Shown here piece after piece: positions 1-12,249 of a DNA stretch of 64,000 nt. Both the position numbers and the translations under genes were made by a program. The notes under the pieces were generated by a model, which was not told the DNA's origin, did no database searches, and worked only from the letters and a program-made list of their open reading frames with translations. Numbering within the stretch: position 1 is the first letter of the stretch; the number at the start of each line of letters is the position of its first letter. This stretch comes from Octopus sinensis (lineage: Eukaryota): positions 50,530,001 to 50,594,000 of the forward strand of contig NC_042998.1 of assembly GCF_006345805.1 (NCBI RefSeq), in the 5' to 3' direction.

Positions 1-14
1 CCTGTAATATTTGT

Positions 15-246
15 GTGTGCGTGTATGCGTGCCTATCTTTGTGCTTTCATTTGTCCCTCACCACTGCTTGACAACCGGTGACAGTTTGTTTATGTCACTG
101 TAACTTAGGGGTCCCACAAAAGAAAACGATAAAATAAGTACCAGACTTCATAATAAACCATGGAGTCGATTTGTTCAATTGAATCCTTGAGGGTAGTGTC
201 CCAGTATGGCCGCAGTCCAGTGACTGGAACAAGTAAAATTTAAAAG
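15..246 (+). mobile_element. SINE family B, 3' half
   Basis: Matches the 3' half of the fuller copies at 14345-14757 and 44605-45028, ending in ccagtatggccgcagtccagtgactggaacaagtaaaa. Confidence 0.7.
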
Positions 247-297
247 AAAAAAAGATACTTCAGTTCTATATTTAAGAGGTGAGGTGTTATGTACATT

Positions 298-490
298 ATT
301 TACATTATTTACGTTATTTACATTCGACGGATATCTTTCCTCATCTTGTCGTTTATATCAACGTTTCGGCTGATATAACCTCCAACCTTCTTCGGGCGTC
401 TGAAGAAGACTGGAGGGTATATCAGCCGAAACTGTGTGTTAACAACAAACAAGATGAGGACAAATATCCGTCGAATGTAAATAATGTAAA
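298..490. repeat. Fold-back of Penelope-like tail (same family as 11157-11302) with degenerate HHR in both arms
   Basis: Arms ~298-393 and ~402-490 are reverse complements. The + arm reads CTGAAGA a gactg..cagcc GAAA c tgt gtgtt, and the - arm has CCGAAGA. Confidence 0.7.
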
Positions 491-1143
491 AAAAGATACT
501 TGCTTTCAAAATCGATTTAAAGAAAGAGAATATTTCAATAGACAATTGGTAACGAAAGGATTAACGTTGCCGTTATAACCACTGGACGTTGCAACGAGCC
601 AAGTCGTTGTAGAATTTTTAAGCGAGACGAATGGATGGAGTGAGTAGCGAAAAGAACTGAAGCGACCTACATATGCACAAGTATGTCAGTGGGTGAAATC
701 ATCATGAATAGCATGTGAAAGTCGAAAGAGTAGCCAATACATTAGCGAAAACGTGGCATTAACAAAACCGTGATAAACAGATGGGGCCAGAAGATGAACT
801 TTTTCCGTGAAACTAACGATGACCCACAAACAGTTAGCCGCAGTAGTTGTGATGGAGATGACAACGGTGATTGATGCTTGTTTTAAATGGACATTATATT
901 TAATAGATAGCCAGCTAAAAGCGGTTATCTTCAGGTATCTGTGACATCCTCGAGAAACATATTTCACATTTAAATATTAATCAAAAGAAATGAGATGACA
1001 GAAGAATTCTCTCTCTCTCTTCTCTCTCTCTCACTCTCTCTCTCTCTATTTCATTAGCACTTCCACACGCACACTTCATCACGCAACCAGATACGCACTT
1101 CTAAATATAATTAGAATGGAATTGTTCCGCTGTTCTCTGTTGC

Positions 1144-1280
<137 letters not shown>

Positions 1281-1647
1281 ATTTCAACAATTGAGGGCAA
1301 AATTAATTAATTATTAATCAATTTCACCAAGTGTTCAGTATGCAAAGGGACCATTCAAGGCGAATTCAAATTATTACATTATATAAAAGGGCTTAGTAAA
1401 ATAAATTACTTTGCCGCATACTGAACTTGTTTTGACTAATCTTGAAACGTACGTTCTCGAATAACCTTAGCATTTGATTTTTCGATGTCCTTACCCCAAA
1501 CTTTTGTGAGTTGAATTAAGCAAACACTATATATGAGAGAGATTTTCTTAAGTATTAGAAATAGCTTTAAAAAAGTTTTTTAGCTGCTATTTCTAATGAG
1601 TTCAGTATGCGGCAAAGTAATTTATTTACTAAGCCCTTTTATATAAT
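1281..1647. mobile_element. Penelope-like cassette with internal inversion, related to 51906-52706; contains the 3' half of an HHR
   Basis: 1378-1427 is inverted at 1599-1647. 1430-1461 reads gactaatctt GAAA cgtacg TT ctcgaa. (TA)n lies on both sides. Confidence 0.65.
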
Positions 1648-1686
1648 ATAATATATATATATATATTATATATAATATATATATAT

Positions 1687-1728
<42 letters not shown>

Positions 1729-1766
1729 TTATATACATATATATATTATATATATATATATACATA

Positions 1767-1805
<39 letters not shown>

Positions 1806-1807
1806 TT

Positions 1808-1858
<51 letters not shown>
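1641..1858. repeat. (TA)n microsatellite
   Basis: Direct reading. Confidence 0.98.
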
Positions 1859-1861
<3 letters not shown>

Positions 1862-2848
1862 CCTCACTAGCTATGCTGATGACACAAAGGTAGCACAGGC
1901 AATCAAAACCCAGCTGATGCTGACCTTTTACAACAAGATCTGGATGCCATATACAAATGGGCTGAAACAACAACATGCAATTTAATGCTGGTAAATTTCA
2001 AGCCTTACAATATCAAGCTGTAAACACATATACATTACAACACAACTATACTGGTCCAGGAGGGATCGAAATCCCCGTATCGAAATCAATACGGGACCTG
2101 GGGATAGACATGAGTGACGATGCATCTTTTTCTTCACACATCGCGAGGTGGCGACAATGTGCAGACGACTCACTGCTGGATCCTGAGGACATTCCGGACA
2201 AGAGACTGCGAGACCATGTTGACACTATGGAGGACATTTGTCCTAAGCCGCTGGACTACTGCTCCAAACTGTGGTCACCGCATAGTGTCAAACTAACCAC
2301 AGAGCTTGAGACAATCCAAAGACATTTCACCAAGAGGATTTCCACCATGAAAGAAAAGAACTATTGGGAGAGGCTTAGGGAACTCAATTTGTACTCTTGG
2401 AACGAAGACGAGAGAGATATGCAGTGATATACATATGGAAAATCCTGGAGGGACTAGCACCAAATTTTGGAATTGAGAGCTGTTCCAATCCCCGTACAGG
2501 ACGTCACTGTGTGGTGCCAAAGGTCCCGTCTTCCACATCCAGGGTAAGGAGCAGATACTGTAATAGCCTGGGGTTCAGGGGCCCTCAGCTTTTCAACAAA
2601 CTGCCAAGAAAACTAAGAGATCTACATGATGCGGATGTGGACATTTCAAAAAACATCTAGACAAGCTGCTTTCCGGGATCCCAGATGAACCCACTGCAAG
2701 GTACGAAGGTAACCTAAGGGCAGCAGCTACAAACTCTCTCTTAGATCAGTGGCCAGCCACGGCAAACTGGACTTAGAGAGGGTAGCAATAAGGGCGGTGC
2801 CCCAGCATGGCCTCAGCCGGATGGCTGAAACAAGTAAAAGAGTAAAAG
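1859..2848 (+). mobile_element. 5'-truncated CR1/L2-type LINE, frameshifted RT C-terminus plus 3' tail
   Basis: YADDTKV at 1872, then LQQDLDAIYKW, MQFNAGKFQ, IRDLGIDMS, PLDYCSKLWSP, LETIQRHFTKRI, YWERLRELNLYS, RRRERYAVIYIWKIL. Ends gcggtgccccagcatggcctcagccggatggctgaaacaagtaaaagagtaaaag. Confidence 0.9.
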
Positions 2849-3659
2849 TGTATACATATATATACATACATATACTTTTACATATACACACACACATACA
2901 CACGCTTGAACCCCAACATCCCCTGTACCTGAGTCTATGGGCCCCGATTCGCAACTGAGTGGTTTTACGGTCTGCTCCAGGATATGATAAAAACGTTTGC
3001 TTTGCAACTACGAGTCCCGGGATCATTTACACAAGATATCACTGTTTGCCATCTTGGGCAAATGTCATTCTCTACAACTTCGGACCGACTCATATCTTCT
3101 GAGTGAAATAGGGTAGACCTATGTAGAAGATCACTGGGTGGATAGTAACTGTAACTTAAAATGCACATCCTTGTCACATTCTGTATCATACTGATTCTGC
3201 CTGAGAATTACTGGTCGCTAGTTAGTATATAATTTAGTTATTGTAGGTTTACTATTAATACCGATACAGATTTACAAAGATTTATGTGTTTCTTGTAGTT
3301 TAATTTTTAAAGTTAGTGTTTAATCCTACCTATATTTAGATTGAATACTGTTGTACATAGAGTAAATGTGTTTGAAGGCTGTGTTTTTTATGTTTGTTTC
3401 CAAACAACACTTCTTTTAGTGTTGTTGACACCGCCGGATTGAAAGATACTGCCCAGGTGTCGAAACCATAATGATATCTGTAGGGCAGTTGATGATGGAG
3501 GTATGTTGGATTGTTGGTATGGCTGTTTTTGTATGAGTGGAATAGTGTTTTAACACATCCTTTTGATAAGGTATATTTGTAGAATATTCAGCCACTTACT
3601 AGTTAATTCAGGAGCAGGCAATACGGTTGATAGAACGACAGAGATCCAATACCACTACC

Positions 3660-3800
3660 ACTGTATATGCTGGGCTTCTACACAGTTTCCACCTACAAAA
3701 TTCCCTGAAAAGGCATTGATATATCCGGGACTATAGTAGCAGACGTTTGCCCAATGTGCTGTGCAGGGGGATTGAACCCGATGCCTCGTGCCTGCGCCTA
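3660..3800 (-). mobile_element. SINE family B, degenerate 5' half
   Basis: Reverse complement resembles the family B head and ttgggcaa..tctactatag core. Confidence 0.55.
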
Positions 3801-3985
3801 CACATAGAAATCGTTTCAAATTTTGACAGCAGCCCAGCGATTTCAGCGGGAGTCGATTATATCGATCCTAGAGCACAACTGGTATTTATTGTATCGATCC
3901 CGAAAGTAATGTTGACCAAGGGAGGGAAGCATTTGAACTCAGAGCGTAAACAGCCGAAGAAATGCCGCTAATTATTTTATCCGCT
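3801..3985 (-). mobile_element. SINE family A (A2 tail), degenerate
   Basis: gtcgattatatcgatcc..atttgaactcagagcgtaaacagccgaagaaatgccgctaa resembles other family A copies. Confidence 0.55.
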
Positions 3986-4017
3986 GCAGAAATAATTATA
4001 CCATCTACATATAATAA

Positions 4018-4272
4018 TAAATGCGCCCTTTTAAAGCCTAGCTAGGCTCATGGGCCCGGTTTCCTGGTTTCAATGACGTATGTGTTCCCCAGCTGGACGG
4101 GACGCCAGTCCATCGCAGCGTTACTCATTTTTGCCAGTTGAGTGGACTGCAGCAACGTGAAATGAAGTTTTTTGCTCAAGAACACAAAGCGTCGCCCGGT
4201 CCAGGAATCGAAACCACAATCTTACAATCATGATGCTGACACCCTAACCACTAAGCCACGGGCCTCCACACC
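4018..4272 (-). mobile_element. SINE family C (tRNA head plus V-SINE-like core)
   Basis: The - strand has A box tggcttagtggttagg, B box gtttcgattcc, core ctgcgatggactggcgtcccgtccag and an (att)n tail. Confidence 0.8.
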
Positions 4273-4639
4273 AGCTACATAGTAATGCTATATAATGAGC
4301 CCCTCCGCAACCACGGCGCCTCGACTCAGTATCGGACCGTGGATTATTTAGTACCAGACCTCATAGAAAGAGTAAATTTTAAATTCTTAGTTCTATTTTA
4401 TTAATTAAGGTGGTCTGCGGGTTGTTTTTGCATTATATTTGTATTTTACATGTCATGAATATGTATTACATAAGTAATAATTAAATAAACTATACAATCC
4501 GTACTTTGTGTTTTGTTTTGCGCGTGGACGACCCCCAGTAGTTTTAAAAAGCGAGGGAGATGTTAGTAGTCATAGTGAAAAGTTTATAGAATCACTATTC
4601 ACTGAGTGGTATAGTTAATCCTCACCTTCTTTACTATCA

Positions 4640-4850
4640 CTTAGCACGCCGAGCAAAATGCGTAGCCGTATTTCGTCTGCCGTTACGTTCTGAGTTCAAA
4701 TTCCGCCGAGGTCGACTTTGCCTTTCATCCTTTCGGGGTCGATAAATTAAGTACCAGTTACGCACTGGGATCGATGTAATCGACTTAATCCCTTTGTCTG
4801 TCATTGTTTGTCCTCTCTGTGTTTAGCCTCTTGTGGGTAGTAAAGAAACA
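4640..4850 (+). mobile_element. SINE family A (A1 tail)
   Basis: gagttcaaattccgccgaggtcgactttgcctttcatcctttcggggtcgataaattaagtaccag (Meta-SINE-like core) followed by tail gtttagcc..gtagtaaagaaa. Confidence 0.85.
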
Positions 4851-4869
4851 TACTGTACTAAGCAAATCA

Positions 4870-4975
4870 AGACTGCTGTGTAAGCATTGACGGAAAATAA
4901 TAATTGGATATCATAACAGTATACTCTGGTCTCTTATCAATAACTCCAGAATAGACCAGCAATATGTTAGAGTAT
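4870..4975. repeat. Dispersed repeat, second copy at ~6315-6415
   Basis: aaaataataattggatatcataa..ggtctcttatcaat..ctccagaatagaccagcaa is shared by both loci. Confidence 0.75.
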
Positions 4976-5409
4976 CTATTTAAGAAAATATAGACTGCAG
5001 AGAAAAGTGGTGGCATAAGTAGATAAAACATATGATGAAACAAAGTCCATGGCTTTGGATAATTCAGTATATCATGCGGAGGAGAAGAAACCTTTCGGGA
5101 TTGACCTTCGCCAGAAAGAGAGAGAGGGAGGAGGGGGAAGTGATACTGAGAATAAGTAAAAACAGTGAGAGAAAATGTGCTATAGCTCCATGTTTTGATG
5201 CTCTGCTTCTTCCTACAAGTAGCATAGACAGCATGTTTTCCCACTCTCCACCCCCACTCCCGAAGGTCTGGCAAAAGTGAGTGCTAATACCTCGATTTTT
5301 AAACAAGATACATGCATTCATACATACATACATACATACATACATATAAACATACGTACATACATACATACATACATACATACATACATACATACATGCA
5401 TAATATATA

Positions 5410-5630
5410 TTTCTTTACTACCCAAAGGGGCTAAACGCCGAGGGGACAAACAAGGACAGACAAAGGGATTAAGTCGATTACATCGACCCCAGTGCGTAAC
5501 TGGTACTTAATTTATCGACCCCGAAGGGATGAAAGGCAGAGTCGACCTCGGCGGAATTTTAACTCAGAACGTAACGGCAGACGAAATACGGCTGCGCATT
5601 TCGCCCGGCGTGCTAACGTTTCTGCCGTGT
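5410..5630 (-). mobile_element. SINE family A (A1 tail)
   Basis: Reverse complement of the family A core and tail. Confidence 0.85.
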
Positions 5631-5850
5631 GGTAATATGGTTACCTCCAAACTACATAATTCCGGCTTCAGTCCTACTGCATGGCAGCTTGGGCAAGTTT
5701 CTTCTACTATAGCCTCAGGCCGACTAAAGCCTTGTGACTGGAAGTGGTAGACGGAAACTGAAAGAAACCCGTCGTAAGAACCCTTTAAGTCTGTGCTCCA
5801 GCATGGCTGTATTCAAATGACTGAAGCAAGTAAAAGAATAAAAGAATATG
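5631..5850 (+). mobile_element. SINE family B lacking the central microsatellite block
   Basis: Head and core joined directly to the ccagcatgg..gactgaagcaagtaaaag tail. Confidence 0.65.
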
Positions 5851-6852
5851 TAAACGTTTGTAATTTTTTAGACAAAACAAGGCATTATAAGAATTAATAT
5901 AAGTCGATGGTTTGTATTTTAATATTTCGTGACTAGGACCTCTTATTCAGGAAATCTTCCGAGAAAAGGTATTGTGGGCTAACTTCATGTAAACTATATT
6001 GCTCTGATATATACATACGTGTGTGTATGTGTGGGCGTGTGTATATGTGTGTGTTCGCATGTGCATGTGCATATGTACATATATATATATATATATATAC
6101 TCTTTTACTCTTTTATACGCACACACCACACACACACACATACACACACACATATATATATAATATATATATATATCTATATATATATATATATATATAT
6201 GCATGCGTGTGTGCGAATGTATTTCAGTTGCAATTCAGCTTGATGGTATTACAAAAAGCAGCAACATCCTGATTTGTACTTTTGCTGCACATGCGCATTC
6301 GGAGGCAAGGAAGGGCTGCTGAGTAATAAGCAGTGACTGAAAATAATAATTGGATATCATAATAGTATACGCCGGTCTCTTATCAATGACTCCAGAATAG
6401 ACCAGCAAGACATACAGAACACCCACGTACATTGCACACATACATGCATATACATATATATATATGTGTGTGTGTGTGTGTGTATGTGTGTGTGTATTTA
6501 TAAATACACGCGCACGCGCGCATTGGTGAGCAATCCACGTATGTGTCTTTGAGTGTGCATGCATATGTGTTTGTGTGTATCTGTGTTTGGCTGCCAATCC
6601 TTATGTTGTATGTATTGATTTGCCATTTACTCTATGTGTTGTATTCAGCCGAATTAAAATATAAGCCATTGGCTTTTTTGTAACCGGAACACGGACTTGG
6701 TTTTGGCAGGTCTTTATTTCTCCGAAGTTTACAGCGATCAATGATTACACAACTATCACCTTCTCTTCTAACCTTCCCAAATTTCTCTTTCGTTTCACCA
6801 CATCATATATGTGAATCTGTCTCTGTGTCTGTTCATCTGTCAGCTTCTCTCA

Positions 6853-6884
<32 letters not shown>

Positions 6885-6894
6885 TTCTCTCTCT

Positions 6895-6923
<29 letters not shown>

Positions 6924-6925
<2 letters not shown>

Positions 6926-7057
6926 GGCAGGAGTTGCTGTGTGGAAAGTAGCTTGCTTACCAACCACATGGTTCCGGGTTCGGTCCCACTGCATGGCACC
7001 TCGGGCAAGGCTCTTCTACTACAGCCTCTGGCCGACCAAACTGAAAGAAGCCTGTGG

Positions 7058-7060
<3 letters not shown>
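6924..7060 (+). mobile_element. SINE family B, 5' half
   Basis: taggcaggagttgctgtgtggaaagtagcttgcttaccaaccacatggttccgggttcggtccc. Confidence 0.8.
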
Positions 7061-7095
<35 letters not shown>

Positions 7096-7117
7096 ATATA
7101 TACATATATGTATATGA

Positions 7118-7150
<33 letters not shown>

Positions 7151-7189
7151 TGTGTGTGTGTGTGTATGAGAGTGTGTGTGTGTGAGAGT

Positions 7190-7330
7190 GTGTGTAAAAG
7201 GTTTCTTCAAGTTTACGTCTGCTAAATCCGCTAACGTCGGTTCTGAGCTATAGTAGAAGATACTTTCCAAAGGCTCCACGCAGGGGGACTGAACCCAGTA
7301 CCATATGTTTGGGAGGCACGCTTCTTTATT
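7190..7330 (-). mobile_element. SINE family B, 5' half
   Basis: Reverse complement of the family B head and core. Confidence 0.6.
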
Positions 7331-8086
7331 TCAAAATGTTGTCATAAAGGCATAACATAGAGGGGACACTACAAAATATGTAGGGACATATAACAATTAA
7401 AAATATATAAAAATAATATATGATACTATGAATGACATTTGAAAATGAACATGAAAACATTAAATCAAAATTTTAAAGTTATGATAACATGAGGGATATC
7501 TTGAAAATGAGAATATGAAAAGTGTATTACTCACCCCATACTAAGTAACACCACTCGCCACCTCTGAGTCCTAAGTCAACCTTTCTTTTTTTCACCTCTG
7601 CAGCCTCAGCAATACTCTTTACTCTTTCTAAATGCTTGTCCATTCTATTTACCGCTTTAACGAGTTCCTCCTCCGCTGAGGACAGCTCATACTCGCTAAG
7701 GTCTGAATACCGGTATAACGCTCACTGACAACCGCTGCCAAGCAGCTCAAACAATCCCGTCCGACTCGTCAAAAATCAACACAGTGAACAGACCGACGCA
7801 TGCGCTGGAAGCAAGTTTCTTTATTTCATATAATTTGCCACAAGGGCATTACACAGATGGAAGCTTTGCGGGCTGGACATGGACATTAATAGTATGAATG
7901 ATGGTGATGCAAAAATGATGATGATGGGAGAAGTCGAAAAGCGCCCGCCGACTTTCGCTTCTCTAAAACAATATTCTTTTTTCCTTTTACCCCCAAAACA
8001 CAATGAAGCAATAAACTCTTACTTAAATAACACAATGTTCAGAAAACCACACAAAAAGTCACATGTTTCACATTTTCTAGACTCCT

Positions 8087-9265
8087 TCAGGTTATCCGGC
8101 CGACCAGTATCCTTGCTTCATTAAAGCATGCACCCGGTTCCAGGCCGGACCACACAGGTATAAATTTATAGGAGTCCTCCGGGAAGAAATTCATGATCCT
8201 GCACAGATCACTATCCCATAGGACCTCCGCAGCCACCTGCGAAGGCCACTCAGGATCCTCCGTGCAGGACAGAAGTCCCTCCCAATCAGCCCCTCCTTTC
8301 CATTTTCTTTACTTCGTTTTCTATGGTTCCTCCTTTGTGGAAGAGGACCACATATTCATCCTCCAGCGGCGCACCCGCCGGAGGAGAATTGGGACACGCC
8401 GGCAGCGTGTCACAAACCGCCGGCGATGTCCCGTTTTTCTTCTTTCTTTTTTTCTTTTTCCCTTGGGCCGCGAGAGGGTGAGGTTCCTGTGACGCACGCA
8501 ATAGGTCCTCCTTTTCTCCCGCAGCCCTCGGGTCCTCCACCTTTCGTTTTCGTTTTTTCGAGGATGAGGAAACTTCCTCGTCATCCTCCTCCTTCTCTCC
8601 CTCCATTGAGGGAGCAGTGAGAGATTCCACTATTAACTGCTCCCGGATCCTATTTTGGTCCTTGGGGCAGTTTTTCGTAATGTGGCCGGTCTCCAGGCAC
8701 AGGTGACACTTGGGGAGGGGCGTCCCTCGAGCATCACCGGATACCTAGACCCGGCCATCCTCAAAAAATCTGGAAAGACCAGACTTTCGGGTGATTGGGT
8801 CCATAGGGTCAAAACAGCTTTTGGCCCCTCCCAATCAGCCGCAGGCAACACTTTCACATTAAGCAGCTTGGTACTGCTACCACCCAGACCCCGGCGGATA
8901 GAGTCCTCTATCCACTCGGGCTCAACTCCGGGTGGCAAACCGCAGATCCAAGCTCTCAATAATTTCTTTCCACAGTAACTTTGAAGAAACATTATTTCCT
9001 CGCCCTCGAGGGACTGACTTGCAAAATCGCAAGCTTCTTGGGGGGAGTCAAATAGCAACCAGACCGTTGCATACTTGACTCCCAGTGAAATAACTTTAAT
9101 GGCTGGCATGTAATCTGCCAGCTCATTCAAAATTGTGGCCCTCAGGAAGACGGCTATGATGTCGAGCGACTTTGAATAAGTCCTCAACACCACCGTCTTC
9201 CTTTCAAGCTCTTTTAACAATTTTTGGGGAGGTGTTAAGTCCCACACAAGAAATTCCTTCGCCAT
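8087..9265 (-). pseudogene. Tx1/L1-type LINE ORF1 (Gag-like), frameshifted
   Basis: The 210-aa ORF 8633-9265 ends in VMLEGRP. A shift in the C-run near 8715 gives KCHLCLETGHITKNCP (CX2CX4HX4C knuckle), in frame with ORF 8286-8630 (acidic/basic tail). A further frame runs to ~8087. Confidence 0.8.
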
Positions 9266-9739
9266 TTTAAAATAAAGTTCAAATATAGTTCAAAAATAGA
9301 AAAATGAGGAAAGACAAAAAAAAAAGGAGAAGGAAACACACAACAGAAGTGAAGAAATAAAATAAAAATAACAGTTCAAAAAAAGTTCTTTTTTTTTAAA
9401 AAAAATAAACGAAAGCTTTGAAGAAGAGAGTTCAAATCCAGGCAAAGAAATAAATTAATTTTCGGCCGAAAAGCAACTCCTGGCCAATAATCCACTGGTA
9501 AAAAATAATTTCTCACAATTATGTGAGAACACACATACGTCTCCATCGCAAGGCAGACAAAAAGCTTGGAATCCAGCAAGGACTCCTTGCTAGTACAAAA
9601 AATAATAAAATAAAACCTACAAGCAACAAATCCTACTGGACTCAAGAAGCAAAAAAAACACATAAAAAATACAAATGGACCATATAACCCAATTTTTACA
9701 GACATTGGGATGAAATTTGGTGAATCTTAATGTGTATTT

Positions 9740-10062
9740 TTGACAGTAAAATATGGAAAAGTTGTGCCCTTCTCTGATAACCTAAAAATGAACGGCTTGA
9801 CAGTACGATCTCTGCAGTCCGGTGACAATTATAGGTACCTCGGACAAGATGAGGATGTCAAATATGATGGAACCATAAATAAGATCAGAGATGAATACCT
9901 CAGGAGAGTAAAGAGATTATGGTCATCAGATATTTCAGCTTACAACAAACATATTACCCACAACACCTTTTCAGTGCCTGTCTTCATGCCTATGTTTGAT
10001 CTCCTGAACGGGTCACTACAAGAACTCAATAAGATAGATGTTCGAACTCGCAAGCGGCTCAG
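9740..10062 (+). mobile_element. R4/Dong-type (RLE) LINE fragment, post-RT thumb region
   Basis: NYRYLGQ..IRDEYLRRVKRLWSSDISAYNKHITHNTFSVPV..ELNKIDVRTRKRL resembles R4-clade ORFs. Confidence 0.7.
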
Positions 10063-10705
10063 TGTTATATATGTACCACGCACGTACGTTTACCCAAACA
10101 CTCTTGCGGGCACAAGTGCATTTTGCGAAATTAACTTGAAATGCACTACTTTGCAGCAAATTTAAGATCTCATTAAAAATGCCAAGCTATTCTTCTAAAC
10201 ATAATGATATCACTGATGAAAAGTATTTTTGCAGAGGAGATACAATTCTGGCTAAAAACGTTTGTAACGAATGAGAGAGCGAGGGAGAGAGAGAGAGGAG
10301 TGTAGGGGATGAAACAGAGTGAAAAGAAGAGCGAAATAGTGGGAGATAGAAAGAAGAAAACACGAAGGAAAGAAAGTTGGATAAAAATATTGAAAAGATA
10401 AAAAAAATAAAGCAAGTCAAAAGGAAAGAATTATGAACGAAAGTAATAATCTTGGTAACCAGTTGATTGACGTTATGAAATTCTTCAACGTTTCAATGTC
10501 TAAAGAAATATTGGACAAAACATAACAAAAATATAAAAAAAGAGATTGATTAAACGAATTGAAAAAGTGGAAGACAGTTGTTATATAACCAGTACAATAT
10601 TTCAAAGAAACTGCACCAATGGAAGAATTGGGAATAGTTAAAGAAATATAAAAGAGAGAGAACTGAAAATTAAAAACAAGGAAAAACGTTTACACGAAGC
10701 ATTCT

Positions 10706-10758
<53 letters not shown>

Positions 10759-10889
10759 GGTGGTGGTAACGGTGGTGGTGGTGGTGGTGGTGGTTTTGGC
10801 CATAATAGTTTCATCCATTAGTAGTTGTGTATCAATGATGACAGTATGTACCGTAGTTAAGTTGTGGCTCTAATGATGGGCTTCAGAGA

Positions 10890-11100
10890 AATAATAATCC
10901 TTTTCGAAACAGGTCCAAGGCCCGAAATTTAGCGTGAGTGAGGACGCAGTCGATTATATTGCGCCTCTCTCCCCGAGTACTTTAGTTGTCTGTACTTGTT
11001 TTATCACTCTCGAAGGGATGGAAGACAGACTCAACCTCGGCCGGATTTTGAATTCAGGATGTAAAGACAGACGAAATACCATAAGACATATTTGATCCTA
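10890..11100 (-). mobile_element. SINE family A (A2 tail), degenerate
   Basis: caaggcccgaaattt..gtcgattatatt..cgaagggatggaagacagactcaacctcggc. Confidence 0.6.
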
Positions 11101-11156
11101 CTACATAATATATTAGGCAAAATTGCTTTACCGTCATAGACTCAAGTTAACAAATA

Positions 11157-11302
11157 CTTTATTTACATTGTTTACATTATTTACATTCGACGGATATTTG
11201 TCCTCATCTTGTTTGTTGTTAACATAACGTTTCGGCTGATATACCCTCCAGCCTTCTTCATGTGTCTTGGGGAAAATTTCGAACCTGGGTTTCCATTCCT
11301 AA
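11157..11302 (-). mobile_element. Penelope-like 3' tail with degenerate HHR
   Basis: The - strand reads gacac ATGAAGA a ggctg gagggtatat cagcc GAAA cg TT atgtt (11266-11221) and ends in (aatgtaaa) repeats. Confidence 0.7.
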
Positions 11303-11307
11303 TTTGT

Positions 11308-11391
11308 GCCCACGGACATATGGCGTAATGGTTAAGAGCGCAGCCTACTAACCCCAAGATTCCGAGTTCGATTCCAAGCAGTGACCTGAAC

Positions 11392-11451
<60 letters not shown>

Positions 11452-11488
11452 CAACAACAACATCGGAAAATACCCTAGGGATGAGAAC
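11308..11488 (+). mobile_element. SINE family D: tRNA head plus (AAT)n plus start of PLE-like tail
   Basis: A box tggcgtaatgg 11321-11331, B box gttcgattcc 11366-11375, (aat)n 11391-11460, then catcggaaaataccctagggatgagaac. Confidence 0.7.
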
Positions 11489-11995
11489 GCGAAACATTTG
11501 GTACTTTGCCTGTTGTTATAGACTTTAAGACTGAAAATCTCTTGACCGTTACATATTTTCAAAGACCGTATCGTTTGAGTTGAGGGAAATTTAGCTGCTT
11601 TTTCTAGCAGATCGAGAACGTTTGCAGAAGCTCTTTTGCTTCGTCTTGAATTTACAACGTCAACGTTGACGTTGTCGTCGTCGTTGTTGTTGGTTGACTC
11701 ATGGTTATTCATAATGAAATTATTTATGATCAAAGACCTTCCAACCGTGATGACAACGGCGGTGATTTAACAGAATCAGTAATTTGTAGTTACAACACAT
11801 CTTGTCATATTTAGCTACGTCCGTTCAACCTAGTCATATTCACAGATACTGAGTTCGAATCCTGACGAGGTCAATTTTTTCACTTTATTAGCGGAAACTT
11901 GGTAAAGTCAGATAAAACGCCTTGCTAATTATTGCCACATTCCACCGAGGTCAGCTTTTCTATGTGTCTCTTAAATAAACAGCAATCCAGTGCTT

Positions 11996-12072
<77 letters not shown>
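11996..12072. repeat. (CT)n microsatellite
   Basis: Direct reading. Confidence 0.98.
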
Positions 12073-12076
<4 letters not shown>

Positions 12077-12249
12077 CTCACTTTCTTTCAGCCAGTTTTC
12101 ATCTCTCTATCTCTTTCCCTCTTTAAAAGAAATCAATTATGGTTATACCTGGTAGCGGATGGTCTCCGCTAGAAGGATGACCGAGACACGCCATATATCA
12201 CTGCGATGCCCCGCGACTCCATCAGAAGTTGAATACCGAAAGCAAAGCA

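Noticed and set aside
1876-1882. CTGATGA heptamer
   Set aside because: It is the codons of the YADD RT motif; there is no downstream stem II and GAAA.
4200-4272. tRNA-like sequences (also at 11308, 14758, 41780, 43470)
   Set aside because: They have A and B boxes but continue into SINE cores and lack a complete cloverleaf; they are SINE heads.
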